DNA of 64,000 nucleotides from a bacterium (GCA_030649055.1 JAUSGH010000003.1:354-64353), one strand, 5' to 3'; positions 1 to 9,996 are shown, counted from the stretch's first letter. Notes: generated by a model from the sequence alone, not told the origin. Numbers and translations: made by a program.

Positions 1-447
1 CTCGTCAATCAGCGATTCGTCGTACTCAAACTCGTCCAAATGGTTATGCAGCAACGCACGGACTTGCTCTATTTTTCCTCGCGGAATGGGAATCTTGATA
101 TACGGCGAAAAGCGGTGTCTGGAACGTAACAACATATTACCCCATTCGGAACCTGCTTGTCCACTCTCCTGCATCGCAAATCCCAGCAGCTCCGCCATAG
201 GAACAAAACGGAATTGATTGGGCTTGATGCCGCTTGTAGCAATCGTAATAGTCACAACACCCGGCCTTGCGACGCCCCAATAAATAAACATGCCGGCGGC
301 GATGATTAAAAACGCGGCGAACAAATAGTTTTGTTGCCAGAGCGCGATTGCGACAAAAATAATGGCGGCAATAACAACAAGATAATACCAACCGACTTCT
401 TTTTGGTGATACTCAAACTCGTGCGCTTGCCAGGTGATTTCTTCCAT
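1..447 (-). CDS. hypothetical membrane protein, N-terminal part (continues beyond window start); begins MEEITWQAHEFEYHQKEVGWYYLVV, with two TM helices
   Basis: Open reading frame on the minus strand running off the window edge; hydrophobic segments; not in the ORF track because it is partial. Confidence 0.5.
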   Translation of the reverse strand, partial: MEEITWQAHEFEYHQKEVGWYYLVVIAAIIFVAIALWQQNYLFAAFLIIAAGMFIYWGVARPGVVTITIATSGIKPNQFRFVPMAELLGFAMQESGQAGSEWGNMLLRSRHRFSPYIKIPIPRGKIEQVRALLHNHLDEFEYDESLIDE

Positions 448-572
448 AGGTTTATTATACATCCTTTACGCGCCGAATGTTTGACGCCAATCGATAAATC
501 GCTTATCATAAACGCTAGTATTCGGACATCGCAAAGAATTGTCTTTGCGTTCATTGGACAAAGGAGCATGGC

Positions 573-1190
573 ATGTTCGCGGCAACGAAAATTCGCTTCT
601 GGCTTACCACTACGGCAGCGGCGCAACTCGCCGAAAAAAAAGGCGAGGGATACAACGTGCAGTGGGAGAACGGCGCGCCGTACATCAACGTGAATTCCGC
701 CGGAGTCCACGGGGTCAGCCAGGAGAACATCGAGAAGATCTCTATGAGCGCGGAGATCGCAGACGGTGGGCTGCTTCGGGGGATGTACATAACGGAAGAG
801 GAAGACGTACTGATGTTCGTCGACACGCTTCCAGACGGATCACAATCCATCGAAATCACGGGCCACAATCTCCCCGAGATGCTGTCATTCTACACCAGCA
901 TCCGCGCCGGAGCGCACCAGCCATATGACAACTGGGAGCTCTCGCGCGAAGAGCGGCTGGGCTCGACCGCGACCATCGCTCTCAACGACCTCATGAGAAT
1001 CTTCCTCGAGGCGCTCGAGGAGAATGGCTGTGAGGTGCGAATCAAGAAGGGCGCGGACGAGCAACCGAAGGAAGCTGCGACTACCCCTGTCGCAACAACC
1101 GAGGACATCGCGCCGTCCGAGGAAATGGCAAAGGGACTGGAGGCGGAACCATCCGAGACGAAGCCGCCGGATCATCCGCGCAGTGCATGA
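573..1190 (+). CDS. hypothetical protein (205 aa), acidic C-terminus
   Basis: ORF with aaggag SD 7 nt upstream of ATG; GC-rich accessory-type codon usage. Confidence 0.5.
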   Translation: MFAATKIRFWLTTTAAAQLAEKKGEGYNVQWENGAPYINVNSAGVHGVSQENIEKISMSAEIADGGLLRGMYITEEEDVLMFVDTLPDGSQSIEITGHNLPEMLSFYTSIRAGAHQPYDNWELSREERLGSTATIALNDLMRIFLEALEENGCEVRIKKGADEQPKEAATTPVATTEDIAPSEEMAKGLEAEPSETKPPDHPRSA

Positions 1191-1289
1191 GACGGAGGGT
1201 TGTAACCGCTTCGTCGGAGCGGAGAAGTTCGCATAACATACGCCGGCTCCGCGATGCGAGGCCGGCGTATCACATTTACGGAGGTGGCA

Positions 1290-1685
1290 ATGATTACGCT
1301 GCGCATTTGGTTGCGATGGAATGCCAACGTTGCCCTACTGGAAGCGAAAGGGATGAAGGTAAACGAGGACAAGCACGGACGAAGAGTTGTTCACGTTACC
1401 CATCCGCACTGCTCTCCACTCATACATCAGCTTCCGAAAGAAGCAGTGGAAGAAGTGGAACTCCACGATTATGCCGTTGACGAGCCGGCAATCGCGGACG
1501 GAACGCGAACCTACGGCAACACATTACTTTGCGCGGTTACCGCAGAAGCAGAATGGTTTGATGGACGCATGCATTTCATCCAACACATCATCGCGCGCGG
1601 CCCGAACATCCGCGACACGATGGAACTCTACTTCATCGCCCTGCAAGCGAAAGAAGTCGCGACGTACACGCGCCAGCTCTCATAA
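1290..1685 (+). CDS. hypothetical protein
   Basis: ORF 1254..1685; internal ATG at 1290 is preceded by a ggaggtggca SD. Confidence 0.45.
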   Translation: MITLRIWLRWNANVALLEAKGMKVNEDKHGRRVVHVTHPHCSPLIHQLPKEAVEEVELHDYAVDEPAIADGTRTYGNTLLCAVTAEAEWFDGRMHFIQHIIARGPNIRDTMELYFIALQAKEVATYTRQLS

Positions 1686-1758
1686 GGGGCTGGCGCGATT
1701 CGTTTTTGTTGGCTATACTAAACGTTAGTTTGTCAGGCAACAATAAAAGGAGAGCGTC

Positions 1759-2178
1759 ATGAATCTCTTCTTGAAGGTCCTTGCGGTGTGCTGGGGCCTC
1801 ACCGAAGAACAGCTCAAGGAAATCACCGGCGAGGGGAAGCTCGACGACGCCGACGAATGCAAGACCGTGGAACTGAAGATTGGGCAGGTGTTCGGAAACG
1901 AAGACCAGAACACGACCAAGATCTCAGCCGTACACGTAGTGCTTGCGCTCAAGCGATTGGCGCCAGTCCTCCGCAAGGAAATTATTGACGCCATCATCGA
2001 GATTGGGAGGGCATTCCCGTCCCAAGAGACAAGTACCGCGGCGCAGGACGCCGAACTCCAGCGCGCCGTCGATGCCGCCGCAGGAGAAGGCATGGGCACC
2101 GCACGACCCAGCACGCAAGCAAAAGGCGCTACGCCAAGCGCCCGTCCGTGGACACCGGATGACAAGATCCCCAACTAA
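1759..2178 (+). CDS. hypothetical protein (139 aa)
   Basis: ORF with aaaggagagcgtc SD before ATG. Confidence 0.5.
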   Translation: MNLFLKVLAVCWGLTEEQLKEITGEGKLDDADECKTVELKIGQVFGNEDQNTTKISAVHVVLALKRLAPVLRKEIIDAIIEIGRAFPSQETSTAAQDAELQRAVDAAAGEGMGTARPSTQAKGATPSARPWTPDDKIPN

Positions 2179-2282
2179 GACGGGCTTGCAAGCGCGCCCG
2201 AAGCATAACTGCCAGTTCCTCAATGAAGGAACTGGCAGTATATCATTCTCTTGATTTACCGGAAAAAAGCCTATAAGATAGA

Positions 2283-2354
2283 AACAATATCTGCGGGTAT
2301 CGTATAGCGGCTATTATGCGACCTTGCCAAGGTCGAAATACGGGTTCGACTCCC
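2283..2354 (+). tRNA. tRNA-Gly (anticodon GCC)
   Basis: Cloverleaf readable: acceptor gcgggta/tacccgc, anticodon stem cgacc/ggtcg with loop ttGCCaa, T-arm acggg-ttcgact-cccgt; no encoded CCA. Confidence 0.85.
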
Positions 2355-2361
2355 GTTACCC

Positions 2362-2409
2362 GCTCACTCAATATAAAGACCGCCTCATGTAGAGGTGGTC
2401 TTTATATTA
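2362..2409. terminator. perfect hairpin aatataaagacc...ggtctttatatt just downstream of tRNA-Gly
   Basis: 12-bp inverted repeat seen in sequence. Confidence 0.5.
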
Positions 2410-2480
2410 TGCGAAGTAAGAGGGAGTCGAACCGAAGGCCGAAATTACGAAGTAATGAGGTCTCGACCGGAGGGAGAGGC

Positions 2481-2499
2481 GACTCCCGTTACCCGCTCA
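2481..2499 (+). repeat. 19-nt exact direct repeat of the tRNA-Gly 3' end (gactcccgttacccgctca); att-core-like
   Basis: Identical to 2338..2356; a third degenerate copy (ccccttacccgctcact) at 3775..3791. Confidence 0.6.
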
Positions 2500-2631
2500 A
2501 ATTAAAAAAATGATCTAGTAAGATCATTTTTTTAATTTTGTGCGTATTAGGAGCCGAACCAAGCCGCACTCAATATAAAAATAACCTGTCTAAATTCAGG
2601 TTATTTTTACTTCAATGAATAAAATAAATTA

Positions 2632-3144
2632 TTAATTAAACAGCTTGAAAAACCAGCCAAGAAAGCTGAATCTAGATTCATTAGCGCTTATGAAATCACG
2701 TACTTTTGTATTCGCAGCCTTCAATGCATCTATCTTAGACTGCAATTCTGATTCAAGGGTAGGATTAGAAGTTCTTGTCTGAGCTTTTTCAAGTCTCCGT
2801 ATGCCGTTTTCAGTGGTATTTAATTCGCTTCTCAAAGCGCCAAGATTTTTATAATCCGTTCCAATCAAAAAAGTAAGTAACCCATTGCGATTTTCTACTT
2901 TTCTCATAGCTTCTGAAACCCTATCGTCAGAATCATTTTGCTCTTTATTTACATCTTTTAATTCGTCTTTGGCACTCATAGCGTTCGTGCCATCTTCTGA
3001 ATTACCCGCATTAAAATTAGCTCCAGTATTTCTAGATTCTGTTGTTGTCGTGGTGGTAGTGGTGGTGGTTGAATTTGTTGCCGCAAAAGCAACGGCGGTT
3101 AAAGCAAATAAGGGTATTAATGTTGATGCTATTATTTTTTTCAT
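2632..3144 (-). CDS. secreted Thr-rich protein with signal peptide and a poly-Thr tract (T x12)
   Basis: ORF; N-terminal MKKIIASTLIPLFALTAVAFA signal; ACC/ACA microsatellite at 3035..3075; AT-rich island; hairpin terminator at 2583..2615. Confidence 0.6.
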   Translation of the reverse strand: MKKIIASTLIPLFALTAVAFAATNSTTTTTTTTTTESRNTGANFNAGNSEDGTNAMSAKDELKDVNKEQNDSDDRVSEAMRKVENRNGLLTFLIGTDYKNLGALRSELNTTENGIRRLEKAQTRTSNPTLESELQSKIDALKAANTKVRDFISANESRFSFLGWFFKLFN

Positions 3145-3478
3145 ATTTAAAAATTTAAATTAATTATTTTGTTTATTCTCGACTTTTATAACTAACTACT
3201 ATTAAGTATAGCATAATATCCTGCTAGTCTTCGGATTCAAATTCCAATTCGAGATTCATAGCAGCTTTTCCTTTTCAAAGGAAATAATGAATGGCGGTGC
3301 GGTGTAAACTAATTTACTGCACTTTTGGATAGCCTCGGTATATAAAACAGGTTCTAACGTCATCCACTAACTCGCTCCGAGTCAAACTCGGTCTCGAGCT
3401 TGAGGAGAGCCGAGTCTAACTCGGCTTTTCATTGAATATATAAAGTGCTAAAAATGCGAAGTTTGACTTCGCGAATAC

Positions 3479-3769
3479 ATGGAACGTTGTTACGTTTATA
3501 TGCTCTTTTCGCTCAAAGATGGGCGCTGTTATACCAGCTTTACCACCAACCTTAAAGAACGGCTGCAACAACACGCCTGTGGCGAAGCAAAATCAACAAG
3601 AACAAGACTCCCGCTAAAGCTCATTCATTACGAATACTTTATTAGCAAAGAAGACGCTGAAGCGCGAGAGAAGTTTCTCAAAAGCGGTTTGGGACGAAAA
3701 CAAATTCACCAAACGCTAAAACAAACTCTAAGAGACTACGAGGATTTGGAGACGCCAACAGGGCAGTGA
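3479..3769 (+). CDS. GIY-YIG nuclease domain protein (small UPF0213-like)
   Basis: YVYML...DGRCYTSFTTNLKERLQQH...KLIHYEYF..KEDAEAREKFLKSGLGRK matches the GIY-YIG core. Confidence 0.8.
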   Translation: MERCYVYMLFSLKDGRCYTSFTTNLKERLQQHACGEAKSTRTRLPLKLIHYEYFISKEDAEAREKFLKSGLGRKQIHQTLKQTLRDYEDLETPTGQ

Positions 3770-3816
3770 GGTTCCCCTTACCCGCTCACTTCTAATCGCC
3801 TCATCGGCGATTTTTC

Positions 3817-4986
3817 TTATTTCAGCACCTTCACAAACTTCCTCGGACCCGCTTGCAACAGCCGTGGCTTTTGAACGCTGATTTGCGCCTCGGGATCGTG
3901 CATCCGCTCATCATCAATCCGCACACCGCCCTGCTCAACAAGCCGCCGCGCGGCGGTCTTACTTTTTGCGGCACCCGCCGCGACTAAAAGCTCAACGAGT
4001 GTCAGCGTTTCCGCGCCGACATGAACCTCCGGAATATCCGCCGGTTTTTCTTTCTTGGAAAACACGCGCACAAACTCTTCTCTTGCTTTGGCGCCCTCCC
4101 CTTTGCCGCAATACATATCAACAATAATTGCGCCGAGTGCCAGCTTCGCCTCGCGCGGATCTTCAACCTCGCGCTTCACGTCTGTGCAAAGTTCATAATA
4201 CTGGTCAATCAACGCATCCGGCACGGACATAATTTTCCCGAACATTGCGTTTGCGTCCTCGGTAATGCCGATATAATTGCCAAGCGACTTAGACATCTTC
4301 TTCTCACCGTCCGTACCCACAAGCAGTGGAACAGTAATCACATCCTGCTCGGGCAACCCCATGTGCCTCTGCAAATCCCGCCCGGCAAGCATGTTGAATT
4401 TCTGGTCGGTGCCGCCAATCTCAATATCTGCTTTAACCTCAACCGAATCGTACGCCTGAAGCATGGGGTAGACCATTTCATGCGAGTATACCTCCACTCC
4501 TTCTTTGATGCGCTTCGCAAAATCATCGCGCTCCAAAATGCGCTGGGTGGTGAATCGCGATTCAAGCGAGAGGATAAAGTCCAATCTTTTATCGGCAAAC
4601 CACTCGCTGTTGTGGCGAACCTCGGCACTATTGATATCCAAAACTTTTCCAACCTGCGCGAGATAAGTTTTTGCATTCGCGACAATTTCCGCATCGCTGA
4701 GCGACGGTCGCGTTTTTGACCGACCGGAAGGATCCCCGATTTTCGCGGTATAGTCGCCGATAATCAAGACAACTTTGTGGCCTAAATCCTGAAACTGTTT
4801 CAATTTTCGGAGCGCAACCGCATGACCCAAATGCAAATCCGGCGCCGTAGGATCCGCGCCAAACTTCACCCGCAACTGTTTGCCGGACATAAGCGCCGCC
4901 TCCAAATGCTCGCGCACGATCGCCTCCTCCACACCGCGTGAGAGTAATTGTTCAATTTTTGCCTTATCGGTCACCGTTTTCGTCAT
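3817..4986 (-). CDS. tyrS: tyrosyl-tRNA synthetase
   Basis: HLGH and KMSKS class I motifs; C-terminal S4 domain. Confidence 0.95.
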   Translation of the reverse strand: MTKTVTDKAKIEQLLSRGVEEAIVREHLEAALMSGKQLRVKFGADPTAPDLHLGHAVALRKLKQFQDLGHKVVLIIGDYTAKIGDPSGRSKTRPSLSDAEIVANAKTYLAQVGKVLDINSAEVRHNSEWFADKRLDFILSLESRFTTQRILERDDFAKRIKEGVEVYSHEMVYPMLQAYDSVEVKADIEIGGTDQKFNMLAGRDLQRHMGLPEQDVITVPLLVGTDGEKKMSKSLGNYIGITEDANAMFGKIMSVPDALIDQYYELCTDVKREVEDPREAKLALGAIIVDMYCGKGEGAKAREEFVRVFSKKEKPADIPEVHVGAETLTLVELLVAAGAAKSKTAARRLVEQGGVRIDDERMHDPEAQISVQKPRLLQAGPRKFVKVLK

Positions 4987-5066
4987 AACTGTATTCTAAC
5001 GGCACGACAATAAAAAGAAAATAGGCGCAGACGCACCTATTTTCTTTTCTGCCACTAGTGGCTGTC

Positions 5067-5675
5067 CTATTTCTTCCCGTTGCTTTTCAGCACCTCGTCA
5101 ATCAATCCGTACTCCTTCGCCTCAACTGGCGTCAGATGAAAGTCTCTGTCCGTGTCTTTTTCAATCTTCGCAAACGGCTGACCGGTGTGCTTTGCAAGAA
5201 TCTGGTTGAGCTTCTCTCTGGTGCGCAAAATATGCTTTGCGGTAATTTCAATCTCTACCGCCTGGCCTTCCGCGCCGCCCATCACCTGATGGAGCATAAT
5301 TTCCGCGTTCGGGAGCGCAATGCGCTTGCCCTTCTTGCCGGCACCAAGGAGCACCGCGCCCATAGATGCCGCCATACCTACGCAAATAGTGGAAACATCC
5401 GGCTTCACGTACTGCATGGTGTCATAAATCGCGAGTCCGGCAGAGACCGATCCTCCGGGGCTGTTGATATAAAGCTGAATATCTTTTTTCGGGTCCTCAT
5501 GCTCCAAAAACAACAACTGAGCAATGATGGTATTCGCGACGCCGTCGTTAATCGGTCCACCTAAAAAGATGATGCGTTCCTTTAAAAGCCGCGAATAGAT
5601 GTCATACGCGCGTTCGCCCATCGGTGACTTTTCAATAACCGTCGGAATGAGATATTCGTTGAATTCGTTTTTCAT
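5067..5675 (-). CDS. clpP: ATP-dependent Clp protease proteolytic subunit
   Basis: Conserved ClpP sequence including GAASMGA and catalytic region. Confidence 0.97.
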   Translation of the reverse strand: MKNEFNEYLIPTVIEKSPMGERAYDIYSRLLKERIIFLGGPINDGVANTIIAQLLFLEHEDPKKDIQLYINSPGGSVSAGLAIYDTMQYVKPDVSTICVGMAASMGAVLLGAGKKGKRIALPNAEIMLHQVMGGAEGQAVEIEITAKHILRTREKLNQILAKHTGQPFAKIEKDTDRDFHLTPVEAKEYGLIDEVLKSNGKK

Positions 5676-5681
5676 ATTGTG

Positions 5682-6932
5682 TTATTGCGCTGACTCAAGA
5701 AATTGGAAAACTTTTTTGTTAAGGAGTACTCCATAAACATAATCGTAAAACTTGCCCGTTTCAAGCTGCCGGCTTTCGTACTGATGGAGCTTGGACTCCT
5801 CCTCAATCTCTTCTTTTGTCGGCTCCAGATGCTCGCCCTTCGCGATTGCATGCACCACAAGGTTTCCGGCAACGCGTGATTCCGCCGCCTTGCGAAGATC
5901 TTTGCGGACGTCTTCCGGTTTCTTTCCGCTTGCTTCGAGCGTCGACTTTAACTCCTCAAGCATGCCTTCAAGCGTCCGCTCCACAAACACCTCTGGCAAA
6001 TCCACGACGGTTTTCGCGACGATTCCTTGAAGCATCGCCACCCGCCGAGCCTCGGCTTCCTTTTCTGCTTTTTCAGAACTCAATCCGTCACCGATGCTTT
6101 TCTTCAAGTCCGCGATTGTCGCGAAATTGCCGATGGTTTTCGCGAATTCGTCGTTCGCTTCAGGGATGGTCACCTCAAACACGCCATCCACGGTCACAGA
6201 AAAATCCAGCTTTTTGCCTTGCACGTCTTTGTTCCAATATGCATCAGGCGCGGTCAGAGAAAAATTAAGCTTCTCTCCTTCTTTGTGCCCGGCAATTTGG
6301 TCCTCAAACCCGGGAATAAACTTTCCCTCGCCAAGCGTGAATTGGTCATGTGCCGGCGCCGCATCGGCCGTAATCGGCTTCCCGTCAAACGACACCGTGT
6401 AGGCAATCGCAACGCTGTCCCCTTTCGCCGCGGCGCGGGTGACCCGGACTTGCGGCGCGCGCGACTTCCGCAGCCACTCAAACGATTTTTCAATCTCGTC
6501 GGCCTCGACGGCAACGTCTTTTTTCGCCGCCATCACTTTTTTTGCAATAGACCGATAGTCGCCAAGCGTCACTTCGGGAAAAATCGTGAGCTCCGCTTTG
6601 TATGAAAGTTTTCCGCTGTCTTCAAGCAGCTTATCGCCCGCGGTAATTTCCACCTTCGGCGTATCAATAAGCGTCCACTCGTGCTCCTCGCTGACCTCAT
6701 GCATTGAGTGACGGACAGTTTCCTGTAACGCCGCCTCAAACACCTTGTCTTTATCAATTCCGGAATCAATCATTTGCTTCGGCGCCGTACCGGGACGAAA
6801 ACCTTTCACTTGTACACCCGCCGCCGCGCGGCCATACTCGCGCTCCCAATAGGGCTTAAATACGTCGCTTCCAAGCGTCACTTCAAGCGCGATCCGCGAA
6901 CCGGGCAACTTCTTAAATGAGGATTTAATCAT
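5682..6932 (-). CDS. tig: trigger factor
   Basis: Length and domain order; classic tig-clpP arrangement. Confidence 0.88.
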   Translation of the reverse strand: MIKSSFKKLPGSRIALEVTLGSDVFKPYWEREYGRAAAGVQVKGFRPGTAPKQMIDSGIDKDKVFEAALQETVRHSMHEVSEEHEWTLIDTPKVEITAGDKLLEDSGKLSYKAELTIFPEVTLGDYRSIAKKVMAAKKDVAVEADEIEKSFEWLRKSRAPQVRVTRAAAKGDSVAIAYTVSFDGKPITADAAPAHDQFTLGEGKFIPGFEDQIAGHKEGEKLNFSLTAPDAYWNKDVQGKKLDFSVTVDGVFEVTIPEANDEFAKTIGNFATIADLKKSIGDGLSSEKAEKEAEARRVAMLQGIVAKTVVDLPEVFVERTLEGMLEELKSTLEASGKKPEDVRKDLRKAAESRVAGNLVVHAIAKGEHLEPTKEEIEEESKLHQYESRQLETGKFYDYVYGVLLNKKVFQFLESAQ

Positions 6933-6982
6933 GATTGGTATATACTAACAACATTTATAGAAAAGTTCAACCCCGCGCCGCA

Positions 6983-7645
6983 TTACTTGCGAGGCGGGGT
7001 GAAAAACGGTTCGAGCGTGGCGTAATCCTCAAGCGACAGCGCGCCGCAGTCGCGGAGGAATTGCAGGCTCCGGAGGTATCTCGCGTCGTGCTTGTCTACA
7101 AGGTTTGTGTCGACATACCACGCGCGCCCGCCGAACGAACATCGTTCCAGCGCCCACGCAACCCACTCAGCGAAGTTTTCGTAGTAGTCCGTCGCTCCGT
7201 AGTCGGTGATGATGCCGTCGCGCGGAAAAGAACCGGAACGATCACCGTAAGCCTCTTTACTGATACTCCCCCAATCTGCGCGCTTCCACGCAGGCAATGC
7301 GTAAAAGAACGCGTGCGCCGCCTCATGCCAGACCGTCCACTTGTCGAGATAGTCCGGATAAACGCAGATGAAACGCGTCCACCAGCGGCAATGCCCGGCC
7401 TCCAGCACGTTACCGTACTTGTCCTTCGCGTAGCTCGGACAATCCGAAGTAATCCGAATCGTAGTCACGGTCGCTTGTGCCTGCGGACTCATACGATGGA
7501 TAGCGGCAACAACCAGCGAACGTTCAGCGGGTGTGCCGAACTCAACAAACTTGCCTCGTTCAATCCGCTCCCACGAAACGCGCGGGGCGGTGCAACCCGC
7601 GACGGCAAACAAGACAGCAAAAAACCATAGCGCATTCGCTTTCAT
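6983..7645 (-). CDS. putative secreted HExxH zinc metallopeptidase-like lipoprotein, paralog 1
   Basis: Signal peptide plus lipobox (VAGC); WHEAAHAFF; downstream YGATDYYENFAEWV glutamate; start chosen at MKANALW with gaggag SD (the ORF track start at 7735 is likely too long). Confidence 0.7.
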   Translation of the reverse strand: MKANALWFFAVLFAVAGCTAPRVSWERIERGKFVEFGTPAERSLVVAAIHRMSPQAQATVTTIRITSDCPSYAKDKYGNVLEAGHCRWWTRFICVYPDYLDKWTVWHEAAHAFFYALPAWKRADWGSISKEAYGDRSGSFPRDGIITDYGATDYYENFAEWVAWALERCSFGGRAWYVDTNLVDKHDARYLRSLQFLRDCGALSLEDYATLEPFFTPPRK

Positions 7646-7759
7646 GACAAATCTCCTCAAGAACACCAGCACTACACATAAGTCTACGCCCGCGGCAATC
7701 CCAGTCAACACGCAAAAAACAATTTGCCCCCGCACCGGTAAAGATGCGGGGGCAAGACT

Positions 7760-8476
7760 CTATTTCACAGGAACTCCATTTACGCGCAGCGTAAACAGCG
7801 GTTCCAGCTCATCGTATTGCGCCTGACTGATTGCACCCCAGTCGCGAAGCACTTCCAAGTGCTTGAGATAGCTGGGATCCGTGACGTCAATCACGCGCAT
7901 GTCCACGAATATTGAGCCCATCGGCTCATCGTGGAGGCGGCACATCGCCCAGCGCACCCATTCGGCAAAGTCCTCCCACGGATTTGTCGCCCCGTACCAG
8001 GTGAGAATGCCGTTCCGTGGAAAGTCTCCTTCCATGTCGCCGTACGCATTCATGCTGATTCTCGTCAACCTCTCCTGTTCCTCGGCAGACTGCGTCATCA
8101 TGAGCGCGTGTCCGGACTCATGCCAGACATTACCATGAGAGACATAGGAAGGACGAACACAGATGTCGCGCGTCCCGGGATGAGTGTGCGCCGCTTCCCG
8201 CCAATTACCGTCCTTGTCCCGGGGTTTGTAATCGGGGCAGTCATTGGTGATTTGAATGGAGCGCACCGCCCGCTGCACTGGCTCTTCGAGCCAATTCATC
8301 GCCTCACGAGCGCGCTCACGCTGGTCGCGCGTGCCGCCATAAACGAACGAATCGTCCCAAGCGCCAAGACGGGGCGGCGCCGTCGTGCACCCGAACGGTG
8401 CCACGAACAACGTAAGAGTCGCCGCAACAAACACGGCACGCCTCAGAACATCGCTCACCATCGCTAAACCTCCCAA
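7760..8476 (-). CDS. putative secreted HExxH metallopeptidase-like lipoprotein, paralog 2
   Basis: VWHESGHALM; YGATNPWEDFAEWV; signal peptide with Cys. Confidence 0.7.
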   Translation of the reverse strand: MGGLAMVSDVLRRAVFVAATLTLFVAPFGCTTAPPRLGAWDDSFVYGGTRDQRERAREAMNWLEEPVQRAVRSIQITNDCPDYKPRDKDGNWREAAHTHPGTRDICVRPSYVSHGNVWHESGHALMMTQSAEEQERLTRISMNAYGDMEGDFPRNGILTWYGATNPWEDFAEWVRWAMCRLHDEPMGSIFVDMRVIDVTDPSYLKHLEVLRDWGAISQAQYDELEPLFTLRVNGVPVK

Positions 8477-8570
8477 AGAATACCTGCGTAACTAAAAAAT
8501 ATAATAGCGCGAATGCACATGAAATACAAGGAGGCATCCCGTGAGACGCCTCCCTTGCTCCAACTTATCA

Positions 8571-9230
8571 TTACTCCGCGAACAGCGGTTGCACGCGACG
8601 GAACTCTTCCTCTGTAAGCACGTCGTGAGCGCGGAAGAATGTAAGAATCGCGAGATATACCGGGTCTCTCCGATCAATCGAGGCGATGTCCGCTCTGCCG
8701 TACCCGGACCCGTATCCGCGAAGATAGTGCGTGAGCCACGTCACCCACTCCGCGTAATTCTCGCGCGGGTTCGTGCCGCCATAAGACGTAATCATGCCGC
8801 GTGAAGGATATGCTCCGGGAATGACGATGTTGATGCCTTCCCCATGAAAAAGGTCGTCATCAACAAACCCTTCCCATTGTTCTTGCGCCGCGCGCGAGAG
8901 CGTATGGAAATGTGTATGCGCGGGTTCGTGCCAGACAACCGCGCGCGTCACGCGCCCCTCCCGGACACAGATCGGTCCGCCCCGATGATGAAACCCGACG
9001 ATAAACCGTGAGGTGAATCCGCTGCAATCGTTTGTGATGCGGATTTCCTCGGCGACTTCCCGCACCACTCTCGGAAGCTCACCGAGCGCCGCGCGCGCGA
9101 ACTCGCGTTCCTCCGCAGTTCCTCCGGAAATGAGATCACCGAGCGCCGCCTCTGTGCGCGGCGGATGATTGGTACAGGATACGCAGATGCCGACGACAAA
9201 CATCGCTGCACACAGCGTGATGTGTCTCAT
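8571..9230 (-). CDS. putative secreted HExxH metallopeptidase-like lipoprotein, paralog 3
   Basis: VVWHEPAHTHF; YGGTNPRENYAEWV; signal peptide. Confidence 0.7.
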   Translation of the reverse strand: MRHITLCAAMFVVGICVSCTNHPPRTEAALGDLISGGTAEEREFARAALGELPRVVREVAEEIRITNDCSGFTSRFIVGFHHRGGPICVREGRVTRAVVWHEPAHTHFHTLSRAAQEQWEGFVDDDLFHGEGINIVIPGAYPSRGMITSYGGTNPRENYAEWVTWLTHYLRGYGSGYGRADIASIDRRDPVYLAILTFFRAHDVLTEEEFRRVQPLFAE

Positions 9231-9258
9231 TCAAGTACTCCTCAAAAGGCCTCTCGCT

Positions 9259-9996
9259 TCAGTGTATGCCGGCCAAAGCTGAAGTCAATAATAAGCAAAT
9301 CACCCTCCCGCCGGTTGAGGCAGTGAGGGTGAAGAGCGGTGCAAGCTTCGTGTATTCCTCCGGCGTGATGACTCCGAATTTGCGGAGTAGCTTCAGGTGC
9401 CGGATGTAGCGGGTATCCGACTTGTCGATTTTTTTCAGATTGACACTTGTGCGGCCGGTAGGAGTGCGATGCTGGTAGCACATCACGAACTCCACCCACT
9501 CGGCGAAGTCCTCGTGGGCATTTGTCGCGCCGTACGAGGTCAAAATCCCGTCGCGCGGGAACTCGCCTTCCATGTTCCCGTAGGCGTTTTTGCTGACGAC
9601 CGCCCACTTGTTGTTCTCGCGCCATGACCGCGACATGAGGAGCGCATGCCCCGCCTCATGCCAAACGACGCGATCGTAAACGTAATCGGTGTGGATGCAG
9701 ACATTCCGCGTCAAGTGGCAATGAGCGGACTCCTGCCAATCCCCGTCCTCATCCTTCGGATCGTAGGCCTCACAGGTGTCGTTGATGGTGACGGAAACCA
9801 CAGCGTTCTGTGGCTTCTCCTCCAACAGCGCCAGCGCGTTGCGAACACTCTCCCGATCCCCGCTTATGCCGCCGGAGACAGGAATGTCGGCGAGAACCGT
9901 GGCGCGCTGCGCCGCCGGCGTATCCCCGAACGGCGAAGCAACAAGCAGAAAAAGCACCGCAACCAACGCGGCGCGCCGGAACATCTTGGACATCAC
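9259..9996 (-). CDS. putative secreted HExxH metallopeptidase-like protein, paralog 4
   Basis: VVWHEAGHALLM; YGATNAHEDFAEWV; signal peptide with no lipobox Cys. Confidence 0.7.
   Translation of the reverse strand: MMSKMFRRAALVAVLFLLVASPFGDTPAAQRATVLADIPVSGGISGDRESVRNALALLEEKPQNAVVSVTINDTCEAYDPKDEDGDWQESAHCHLTRNVCIHTDYVYDRVVWHEAGHALLMSRSWRENNKWAVVSKNAYGNMEGEFPRDGILTSYGATNAHEDFAEWVEFVMCYQHRTPTGRTSVNLKKIDKSDTRYIRHLKLLRKFGVITPEEYTKLAPLFTLTASTGGRVICLLLTSALAGIH

Noticed and set aside
2413-2430. Additional tRNA genes or pseudogenes downstream of tRNA-Gly and tRNA-Leu (the gggagtcgaac fragments at 2413-2430 and 32838-32852)
   Set aside because: Only T-arm-like fragments are present, and no acceptor, D or anticodon arms can be built. 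They are treated as scars of recombination at tRNA genes.
4021-4719. Numerous long antisense ORFs inside large genes (for example 4021..4719 in tyrS, 6027..6605 in tig, 21022..21906 in mreB, 42693..43067 in ileS, 22227..22841 in proS)
   Set aside because: They are shadow ORFs on the opposite strand of strongly supported conserved genes. They lack ribosome-binding sites and show biased composition typical of antisense frames.
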